Notes under the pieces: generated by a model
Databases searched by the model: none
What the model was told of the DNA's origin: nothing
Seen by the model: only the letters and a program-made list of their open reading frames with translations
Source: Iphione sp. A-MEVVRFRX5
Lineage: Eukaryota
Length of the DNA: 64,000 nt
Direction: 5' to 3'
NCBI GenBank assembly: GCA_976226885.1
Contig: OZ320314.1
Location: forward strand, 41,292,001-41,356,000
Shown: positions 13,730 through 23,898 of the stretch, in pieces
Layout of the letters: every line of letters begins with the position of its first letter
Numbering within the stretch: position 1 is the first letter of the stretch
Made by a program: the position numbers and the translations under genes

Positions 13730-14025
13730 GGCGCCGTTCAGATGTATCCCTACAAACAGTCTGTCCATGGGTCCGTATCCATAGAAAATATCCTGCTGAT
13801 CCGTTTTATATGGATACCAGATGGCTCTTTACATTGCTTCCTATGGGAAACAGATGGGTATCCATTGAAAATCTGTCCCAGGTGGTTCTTGACTATAGAT
13901 ATGTATCTATATCCATTTTGAAACAAATATATGTTAACAGATTAGTATAACTGCTGTGGCTAGATTAAAAATGTCTACTGAGCCCTATCAATTTTCAGGA
14001 AATGCGGATAGATGTGAACATGGCC
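13730..14025. mobile_element. PIF/Harbinger-like MITE (~296 bp)
   Basis: Imperfect 20-bp TIRs (ggcgccgttcagatgtatcc vs reverse complement of right end ggccatgttcacatctatcc, 15/20) flanked by TAA on both sides (13727-13729, 14026-14028). A TWA TSD and GG-starting TIRs are Harbinger hallmarks. Confidence 0.6.
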
Positions 14026-14875
14026 TAACGCCTGTTGCCAGGTCTGTGCTTCTTTCTCTGTTTATCAGTGGCTATTTATAGAGCACGTGGCCAATGTTGT
14101 ACCAGCTTCTTAATATTGCTCTTCGGTATGTGCGTCCATCATTGTTTTATGTTGAGGTTCGAGAGCTGATAAATCCGGTAGATATTTTCTGGGTTTTTTT
14201 TCGCCAGGGCTGCAGAAAGTCACAAGAAAAACATAGGCACACTAAATTATAACACCTTGCGTCACCTTGCGAATTTTTGACGAGATATACATGTATATGC
14301 AGTCCTTGCTACCTGGACCCTCGAAATCCAGAGATATTAGTTACGTCGATCAACTCTGACCCTTTATAATAGTAGGGAGATTCAAAGAAACGCGCAGTAA
14401 AGGGGTAGGGCAATTACATGTAATAGGGTGGGGGAAGGAACAAGCGGCAGCTGAGGTAAGATAAGAAAGCGGAAAGGCAGATGTGAAATTTTTATTTTTA
14501 TTTCTAAGAAAAATACTAGAAATGCGGTCTTATTGCAAAGGCCCACTTTGTTACGTTGCCCATGAGTTGCTTATTCTGATGAGTTGTATAGCAGGACAAT
14601 GATAATACAGGACATGGTTTACATAATTAATCGTCGTATATATCTACGTGGGAAGCTGAGGAAACTGTCACTCTGTTAATTAGAGGACGGCGTAAGACGG
14701 AGAAACCAATCTAGCACTGGACAAACAGTGGGTTCACAGCGATGTAATGTGTTTCGTCTCAGGAGCTTGGTTTTGGCTGGGAAATAGTTACCACATGCGG
14801 AGTCTATGCTTTACAAGTCGGGCAGTCGGGGCAGGTGGAACACAGTACCAGTCGTGGCTGTTAAAGCATCTCTTA

Positions 14876-15510
14876 GGCCGGCATTCCATGTACACGGAAT
14901 ACGTGTCCGGAGCACGGAGGCCATCCGGAAATTATGCCTGTTTTCCCGTGTCTCCGGAGAGATGCTTTCCATGTGTGCGTGCGTGCATGTGTGTGTGGGG
15001 GGGGAGGGAGGGAGAGGGAGAGAGAGAGAGAGAGAGAGAGATTGTGTGTTTTTTTGTGGAGGTTGAGGCATATTGGTGGAAATTGTGCAGTTTTTGTGGA
15101 GGTTGAGGTATATTGGTGGAAATTGTGCAGTTTTTTTGTGGAGGTTGAGGCATATCGGTGGAAATTGTGCAGTTTTTTGTGGAGGTTGAGGCATGTCGGT
15201 GAAAATTGTGCAGTTTTTAGGCAAATGATATGCAAATTAAAAAATCTTTCACAACATCTGTCATATGACAGACAGTGTCTGTCCTGCTCCAAACCGCCAT
15301 CTCTCTCTTCTACTGGCCTCTGTGGGTCTCCGGAGTCCGGAATCCGGAGAAATTTACGGCCCAGGTTCGTTTTTGGCCCACGGACCCGGACCACGGACCC
15401 ACGGACCCGGGTCCATGGAAAGCCATCAAGAAGAGTGCTTCAGATCGTTTTTTTCCGTACTACGGAGTCCGTACTACGGACACTGTTTCCGTATGCATGG
15501 AAAGCCAGCC
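14876..15510. mobile_element. PIF/Harbinger-like MITE (635 bp) with internal micro- and minisatellite
   Basis: 34-bp imperfect TIRs (27/34) starting GGCYGGC-TTCCATG; TTA TSD at 14873-14875 and 15511-15513; no coding capacity (the overlapping ORFs are repeat artefacts). Confidence 0.8.
15049..15213 (+). repeat. Minisatellite, 4 x ~41-bp unit (ttttgtggaggttgaggcatattggtggaaattgtgcag)
   Basis: Four tandem copies seen directly inside the MITE. Confidence 0.92.
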
Positions 15511-16375
15511 TTACTGCCCTGAAGAAAGTACAGTAGCAATTCAGAATTAAGACCACCAATGAAATCACCAACGTCCCCGTGTAACTGTGAGTGCCTCGCC
15601 TATATGAGTTGGTTATATATAATATTAAATAAACTATTGAAACCAGCCAAACCTGACCTGAATTCCGAGTTGTCCTCCAAGTTGAACTGCCCACAAGGCA
15701 AGTTGCTAATATATAAGTAAACTGACTAGGAATTTGGCTGTACGAAGTGTGTTGCCATGGGTTTCCAGTTGAATGATTGTATTGACGCACAATTCATTCT
15801 TGTTCAGGAAAAGGGCTGAATATGTCTTTGCAAATGTGGCGATATTTTGGGGGTAGTCGTAGTAAAGCAGTTATGTGTAGATAACTGGAACACGATTAGA
15901 CAATGTCCAAGAACAAAACTATAACTGGAAATTAAAAGAGTTTAGCACTGACGCATACGATCGAAAAAATATAGAAAGCTGTGAGTTTGGGCGAGAGAAG
16001 GAACACATACTTGGGGAGTATACACGGCTTCCCCTACTTCAGCTCAAGACCCCCAATCTCTGATAACCTCCCCCAGATGCTGGTGGGCATAGTCGGTAGG
16101 CTACATTGCGGGTGGCAGTGGTAATGGAGTTCACAAAGAGCCACAGGAGGGATCAATGCATTCATGGGCCAGATGATCAGCGGTATGGAACGACTGGGGG
16201 TTACGGAGGTGGTGTAAGTGGTTACGAGGGGAGATTTCAGTTGGGTGGGTAGGAGGAGATGAAGGAGCGAGGATGGCATGGGAAGAACAGACAGAAGAGC
16301 TAGTGCAAAGCTAAGCTCACGATAAGGACAAGCCTAGATAATGATAATGATAGTGCTACTAAGAATACATAAAAA

Positions 16376-16532
16376 CACTATCGAAACTTGCGTAGGAGAC
16401 CAAACTTGGGAGTGGAGAATTTTTTTTCACTCCGCAGGGTTGGTCTCCCTTGCAAGTTTTGGATTGGAGGATTGTGGTATCTGTGCTGGGTCGGTCTCCT
16501 CTGCTATTTGATGTTTTAGAGGGTGTCGACTG
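16376..16532. mobile_element. Degenerate Tc1/mariner (pogo/Tigger-like) MITE
   Basis: Right end gagggtgtcgactg|TA reads CAGTCGACACCCTC in reverse complement; internal inverted 9-mers ggagaccaa (16395-16403) and ttggtctcc (16440-16448); left TIR degenerate. Confidence 0.4.
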
Positions 16533-17049
16533 TATAAATATACAGGTCTATACATATAAAGGAAAACAACCAACGTTATAAATAAATGGTTCTATTTTCC
16601 CAGTACTTACTCCAAATGGAAAGAGTACAATATTTTAATCGCAAAATATTAAAGAATAAAGAGCCTAACAAATACAGAGCCATCACTAAAACAAGTTGAG
16701 GGCGATCTGAACGTCAGAATTAAGTACGTTAGCTTTCGATCCGTGCGGGAGAGCCGGCATGTTTTGGAGGTTAACTAGAGGGCAGCAGACTTAAGTAAGG
16801 TCAATAGCCTCATAACAACCCCGATAAGGAGTATCGACAACACGGCACTAACGCGTTACCCCAGCCTATTTTCAATCTATAGGCGATCCTAAATATTCTC
16901 AGTAAATTTCGAGTCGCACGAAGATGCTTGAAACGTTCCCATTGTTACGCTACCTATTAAAAGCGTTGCCTTAAGGTAGTTCTGCCCGTAGATGTCTCAT
17001 CCCATAGTGGGGTGATTATTGAAACAAAAATTACTTATCTAAACATATA

Positions 17050-17330
17050 TTTGGAAATTGTATTTAAAATGATGACCGATACATATCTTATGTTTAGGAA
17101 TTGACTATCATTGAAAATATTTGGCATGTGTTGCCCCACTTTTTCAATACAGAGTAGGAACCTCCCTTGGTTATGTAGCAGACACGTTATATCTGCCCTG
17201 AGCTCAACCAAGCAGAATCTCCCCTTATTGTATACACAACCAATGCAAACACCAAAGGTGTCTGCTCTAATAGAATCGTGAACGGACAGACGATGAGCAC
17301 TGTCAAAGGCGTACGTAGTTGGTATACCTA
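17050..17330 (-). pseudogene. Possible very old LINE RT remnant
   Basis: A stop-free minus frame reads YAFDSAHRLSVHDSIRA...VYNKGRFCLV...HNQG, loosely resembling the KAFDSV.H...LY...QG segment of LINE RT. No clear YADD. Confidence 0.2.
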
Positions 17331-20300
17331 GCTGGACCTATAAAAATCACTTGAGTAAAATAGCTTTATTAAATCATCTTTTTTTTTTAATCCCCTGTTC
17401 CTTGTAAAGAACCTGATCAGTACCACTCTTCAATTCATGTTATAACACTAAAATAGAAGGGTAGAACTGAGGGGTGCTTTCAGCTGGCCAAGAATTATCT
17501 AACCTTACCACCACTTACAAGGAGCCCCTGATCTAATTCTACTTGAAGCTAATGGCTGACGTGACGGTATGAAAATTATCCGTACAATTCCAAATGTGTA
17601 AACCTAAACACATGAATTATTCAGTTTCTTTATGCCAGGGGGAGAAGTCTCTCTTTGGACATTCTGATAAGATATACTGGTGCAACTCACCTTGTACGCA
17701 ACTCAACTAGGAGGGCAACTCAGAAGGAAAGGCAAGTGTGGCTGGCTCCAATTATTGAATTTACATAATATAACCAACTGCCGTAAGCAAGACAGCTCAC
17801 AGTTTAGAGCAAAACAGTATTGTACAATTGGTGGTCTTAGTTACAACTGTATACGCATTCCTGTAAACAACCATACTTCTCTCTAGAGGTTATTCTAATT
17901 TGGACAAGGACTGACCTACAGAAGGTATTACTTTAGAGAAGTACATAATTTATTTCGTAATCAAATGAAGGCCCACATTGAATATATATGTAATATACAA
18001 TATCTAGCAATCCTGGGCTGACCATGGTCCTTCTCAGCTACTTCCCTATTCTAGACTTGTCCAAGACTCCATCCAGAGTATATGTTTACAGAAGATCACT
18101 CAGACTCTCAGACCAATAGGAGACAACCCATATCTCATCAATCAGGTCTCACAACCCCATTCGAGTGGATTATGCATGGCATTTACAACCATCATCATTG
18201 CAGTAAAGCATGGTGCTCATCCGGTGGCATCCCTGCAATTATTTGTGCCTTTCCTACTGAACGTCGGTGCGAAAAGACGCTGTCATCTCGTATACAAGGG
18301 ACGGAGCTCTGACCAACAATGTACATCATCGATGAAGACAGACGGGCGAATTAATAACAAAAATACTGGTGGCGTCTCTTTCTATATGCATCTGCTGACT
18401 CATACGAGAAGAAAACAGAGCAAGAAGTCCAGGAATATACAATACATATACATGGTAATCAAAACATGATAGTTCATATGCTGTGCGGTCATGAATGTGT
18501 GAATGTGTGTCCATACTGCTACCTAGACTTACTAGTTAATCGGTCAGGAGAGATATAATGTCACCGGTGTTTGTGACTTCCTTAGCGCTTATAATAATAT
18601 GTGCACTTGGCAAACTAAGAGTAAGAAAATTTTTCTTCTCTTAAAGCTAAAAGTTTAATGCATGCAATACAGTTTGACTGAAGATTTCAAACGGAAAATT
18701 ATCGTAGGATCGCTTTTTGTTTATTTTCCAAATTCGGCAATCGTCTGTTTAAGCATCTATCTGATTTGGCGGGAAAAAATAGCAACAGGTTGTTTTTGGA
18801 CTATGAAATGCCTTTTGATTCCACCTGCTCCTTTTAAGACGTTTCCTTTCATCACTCATAGCTTTCTCCGCCAAAGGTCATGGCTTCCAATTCAGATCCA
18901 ATTCAGCTGGTTTGTCCAAGGGTTAAGAAATCTCGATCTGTTTATTTCTCCATCGCCATCATTAGTCTGCGATTCGCTTTACACTGCACGTCCTCTGAAC
19001 AATACTCACTGATTGATGTGTGTGCTCCACTTTGAATCAAACACTTTCCGCTGCTCATTCATGCTCAATTATATCACTCGCCTAGTGTCGGTATTTCTTT
19101 TTGCAACGATGGGTGAGAGATGAAGGATACGGGAAAAACAAAGCGGTGATTAAGAAGGAAAAGACATATTGGTGCGGATGATACAGTAGATCCAAGAGAT
19201 TAACTCCTATACGGGCCCATCAAAACTATCCCCATAGCATCTTGATCTTCACTCACACTAACACCTAAATTTTTCACTTACTGTAAATAACTTTTACATG
19301 TCCAGCTCGGACACAAATCTGGTGTCAAAATTTGTAGTCCCTGCTACTACCTGTTTTTTACTAGCATCTAAGTAAAGCTTAGTTTTCCACTGGAGCAGTG
19401 TACCTTTAAAATAACGATATCTATGAGGCCACATACATGTTTAGTGTTCTGCCTGTCATGCACATTTTAAATAAAACAGCCTTCACAGGCATAGGAGACA
19501 TTTTGCTACTTGAAACCCTCCGTATGAATCAACACACTACGCATAATTCTTGGGGTCAAACTCCTTGGATTTAGGCGTGGTGTTTCTATACGTTTGGAGA
19601 TTATCCCATGTCAATAGTGGTAGAGAATATAAACGGACTGCTAAAGGTGGGCGACTGTTGGAGTGACTATTGATTAAAATAATCAGACTTCTTCAATGTC
19701 AGGCTTGGATGTAGTCATCAAAAAGTAAGCTTAAACGTTCTACATCATTTGCCGCATAAAGTATCGTTCCTCCCTGTGGTCACGTAATTATATGTGTTTT
19801 TCACAACGCTATACCGTTCACCCAAAACATCTGCATGCTTGTACTCAACCACTTGCTCACCATTCCGCCCACCGGGTACTCCACCAATTACCAGCGGTTT
19901 TTAGGGTTTGGTTCTGAGCATTTGAATCGGTCTTCCTCTGACAAATTCTTACATATATTTCTTTGTACTCTGTGACTAGACTGTACTTCCACAACCCCAA
20001 CCCTGTCCCGGCACAACCGCTCTCCCACACCATCACATCGCACCACATCCCACCTCGGCCCACAACCTTCCCCCATACTCTATCCCCTAGTGAGTTTGGG
20101 GCTCGGTTCACAGGCTCAATCCCTGCGGAACTAATGACGGATCAGCGGAGTCCCACAGGGAAACTGGCTACGGGACTGTAGAGATTTGACGGACTTGGTG
20201 AACCAGGAGAGTTCTGTTTTTTGCCAACCCATCTGTGCTATCAATCACACACAGATACCAAGAACCCATGTTGCATGCACGCAGGTCATGTGGGCTATGT

Positions 20301-20784
20301 ATAGGCATTTTATAGTACATGTACACTCCCAAACGGGTTCGGTTTGGAAGGGTTTATGCATATATATGCCATATAATTAGTATAGTTTTTTAATATATAT
20401 ATTTGTTGATCTCCAGGGTTAGTCACCAAGGTGCTATTATGTTGCCTAGGTTTCATGACGTTGTTCGTTCTTCTCAACTGCCACTCTCTCAGGAAATTTA
20501 GAGAAAGGATGACAAAACAAAGACGTACACTTTCTCTTGAATAAAACCTATAATTTTCTTAGGTTTAGCTAAGGTGAAAATATAGCATCTAAAAACTATA
20601 CTTTCGATTACAGATGCATCCCTTTAGCTTGATCGTCCCATATCTTCTCATCTAGCATCTTAATTAATGTTAAATTAATTATGCGATATCGTATATTCAT
20701 AATCATAATTATCCTCTCCTATCCCCATCTGAGAACATGAAATTTATTTCACGATAATTGAAGCAATGAGTATATATAATTAAT

Positions 20785-20803
20785 CACGTGGTCAGTGACG
20801 TCA
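20785..20803. promoter_or_regulatory. E-box (CACGTG, 20785-20790) and CRE-type palindrome (TGACGTCA, 20796-20803) at the DIRS left end; candidate terminal promoter
   Basis: Motifs seen directly; function is inference. Confidence 0.4.
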
Positions 20804-20838
20804 TACCAAGGGAAGAGCCGTGCACGCTTCTAGTCATT
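20794..20838 (+). repeat. DIRS left inverted terminal repeat (45 bp, after a 14-nt left extension)
   Basis: Reverse complement of 27344-27388 at 43/45 positions. Confidence 0.93.
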
Positions 20839-22090
20839 CTGTGCTTATCATTTGGAGTGGACAGACGTATGTCTGTGTGCTCCAGATGTTCTAGTCGATC
20901 TCCACCTCCCCTGACTATATGCCAGGGAAAGGGGGGATCATCTGAGTATGCAAAGGCTCAGGAGGCTCCCCTTCTGGCCAAATGTAGCCCTGGCATATTC
21001 ACAAGTTTGTGAGATACTTTCTTTGCCAGAAAAAGCTCTCACCCTCACACACCCTGCCATCTTGGGGAGTGTGAAAAACTGAACATGGTTACACATTGGT
21101 AATGTCACTTGCCTTGCTCAGTAAGTCTCCTTGAGGTATCCTGGAACAAAAACGGGAATAATTCCTCGGAGCCGGGTCGGGCCTAGGCCCGCACCCGAGT
21201 TCTGCACCGATCCGGGTTCTACGGGCAACTTCTGCCCGAAAATCCAAAATGGCCGCAGAGCGCCGAAACTCGGTAAGACCAATGCGGGTCAGACCCGCAA
21301 GGTTCTCCCGAAAATTCGGAAAGATCCGACGAACTCGGGCTCTCGGATTTTTTCCGGGCCGTACGGAGCCGAAACTCGGCAAGCACGTTGCGGGTCGGGC
21401 CCGCAGTGCTCCGGGACTGCTCCGGGATCATTCCGGATAAGTTCGGAACCGAATCCAAAATGGCCGCAGCCCACCAAAACTTGGGGAAAAGTACGCACAA
21501 CGTACACACTATGTTCCCACAAAAGCGCAGCTCTGAAATGACATGCAGGCGGGTACAAAGTCCAACCCCAGTACGGGGTCCCCCACGGGCGCCCGTGTCC
21601 TGTGATGTCACGAGAGCGCAGACGTGGGTGGAAGCACCCAAAAATGTTTGTACCATCCCCCCGGAGGTGCAGCCAAAGTCGCGGCGCGGACCCGCAAGTA
21701 GACTCCCTTCGGGACCACGGCCACTTTGTTATGGTCCCCCGGCCATAAGTCTGGCCAAAATGCTCCGATTGCGCTGAAACTTGGTGTGCATATCCGCCTT
21801 ACTCGGGGCTATGTGTATTCCAAAAATAAAGTTGATCCGACAAATTACGGCGCAGTTATGCCTGAAACAGTGGTTACACTTTTGCCGGGGTCGAGTGCGG
21901 GAGACACCATGTTGGGAGACCTCGGGTCTCAGAGAGCAAAGTTCTCAAAAACTTGCACATGGGTCTCAGGAGCGCGCATATGAAATTTCGTGTGCATAGG
22001 ACCAACGGTTCAAAAGTTATCGTGAAAACACTGCCCCTACCTATACTTTTGGCACTGATGGCAAGATGGCCACAGATGGCAAAGGGGGGG

Positions 22091-22222
22091 GGACAGTCCA
22101 AACAGGCCAAGGGGACAGTCCAAACGGGCCAAGGGGGACAGTCCAAACGGGACTCCCCCCCTTATCAGTTGTTGTCTCAAGTCCGGACCTGGGTGTAAGC
22201 AGCCCGGACCTGGGTGTAAGCA
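22091..22222 (+). repeat. Short tandem repeats in DIRS leader: 3 x ggacagtccaaac (22-23 bp period) and 2 x ccggacctgggtgtaagca (21 bp period)
   Basis: Copies at 22091, 22113, 22136 and at 22183, 22204. Confidence 0.9.
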
Positions 22223-22337
22223 CTCTGGAGGGGTTCATAAGGAGCCCCCTGGACAGGGTTCTGGCATCTGCTGATCACCTGCTGACCAGCTAAGAAGACC
22301 AGGAGCAACTCCGAGTCATCAACTCTACTTGATCACC

Positions 22338-23898
22338 ATGGCCGAACAAGCTACCGAGATAGAAGTGGTAAAGTTCAGCTCAGGGCCCGACACGGACTCT
22401 GAGGTGATTTTCCCTTCATTGCAGTGTGGACAAGTTCCTCCCCCTGGGGGAGATCTTGATGACACACAGCCTGACCCAGCACTGCAACTTGGCAAAGTCA
22501 TCCTCCTCTGGCAAGGGGACCTCTACCAAAGGTTCCTCCTCCAGGTCGGCGCCCCCCAAGCCATCCGGCTCGGGACGACAGGGGTCCACACCCAAGCCTG
22601 GGGCAAACCCCAAGTCTGGGGACAACTCCAGGGCAGGGCCCTCCAACTTGGAGTTGGCCTCCAACGCCATCCCGGAGCCCAGAGGAAGACCGACTAAGAA
22701 GCGGAAGCGGCGGGTCCGCTCCCGCTCCAGGTCGTCATCGTCGTCGGAATCGTCCAGATCCCGCTCCGACTCGAGGAGCCGCTCCAAGAGGTCCCGGTCG
22801 GGTAGTTGGGGGAGTCGCTTCTCCTCCAACGACCAGATGATGATGGCCATGCGGTGCATAGCCGAGACCTGTGCGGAGCGATTGGGACTCAAGCGCCGCA
22901 GCTAATCTCCCCCGCCCAGAAGGCACAAGAGGAGTCGCCATTACGTCTCCAGCTCGGAGAGCGAAGCAGAGATGACGGACGGCTGGGGGACGATGGAGGA
23001 GACCTCCTTCGTTCCGGAGACCCCGATGGACATGGACGACCCTCCGGCGCCCTCGCCGGGGTCCGACCCGGTTCCGGCGGCCCCAACCCCAGTGGGACCG
23101 GCGCCACAGCCCGTGACCTGTGGAGGCCTGGACGAGTTCCAGGCCGAGAGACCGGCAGCGGAGGACCGCACGACAACGGCGGCGTCCCCAGCAGTGGTGC
23201 AGTTGGTCACCACTTACTGGAACTACCCCTTGACCAGAGCCAAGGCCAAGGAACTTACGGACAAACTGGAGCGTCCGGAAAACCTGAAGGTGCTGAAGCG
23301 CACCAAACTCAACCCGGAGCTCGTTCTGAAGAAGGGGGACATCAACCTGGACAGGCAGACGGCGGAAATTCTCCACCTCAACCAGTTTGCTTCCCTTCCC
23401 CTGATCGAGATCGCCAGTGCTTACGATGCGGGCACCCCCCTGGACCCTAAGGAGGTGGTCACGTCGCTCCAGCTGATGGGCAGATCGTCCTTTCTCTCGA
23501 ACCACCAGTGAAGGGACATCATCCGCTTCAGGCTGCCCCCTGCCTACCGCCGCCTCTGCCAGACGGGGCCCCAAGACGATTGGGAGCTCCTCCTGGGAGA
23601 GAACATCCCAGACAGGGTCCGGGAGTGCTCCGAGGCGCGCAAGTTGGAACAGACCCTCATGACGAGGCGTCCCTCGTGGCCGGCGGCGCCGCCCCAGAGA
23701 CAGTCAGCACCTCAGGCAGGAGGTTCTGGCTACAACAGCAGCCAGCAAAGCAACTGCAGCCATGGGAGGAGCGGTAGCAGAAGCAGCAACAACAACTACA
23801 AGCAGCGTCCAAAAAACGGGCAGCGCCGGCAGGTCAAGAGACCTGCCAACAACAGCAACAACAAGAGCCAGCACGGCCAGCGCCAGAGGAAGAAGTAG
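22338..23898 (+). pseudogene. gag: DIRS ORF1 (gag-like), disrupted
   Basis: ATG in strong Kozak context (caccATGG, 22338). One frameshift (~22440-22500) leads into a single frame that continues to TAG 23896-23898 through in-frame stops at 22903 (TAA) and 23509 (TGA). Contains an RS-rich/KKRKRR segment and RDIIRFRLPPAYRRLC...LLGENI, resembling by eye the conserved DIRS1 ORF1 block. Confidence 0.8.

Noticed and set aside
15049-15213. CRISPR-like array (also considered for 32245-32363)
   Set aside because: Contiguous tandem units without unique spacers, in eukaryotic context with no cas genes.
17100-17135. IIENIWHVL resembling the Tc1 PDLNPIENLW motif
   Set aside because: No WP..SPD or correctly spaced DNA/QDN motif upstream; likely chance.
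21089-22293. Multiple 60-145 aa ORFs on both strands in the DIRS leader
   Set aside because: Expected from high GC content; no domain motifs and mostly non-ATG starts.
22405-22424. Acceptor-like ttttcccttcattgcag within the gag start
   Set aside because: Lies downstream of a strong Kozak ATG; no support that splicing here repairs the frameshift.
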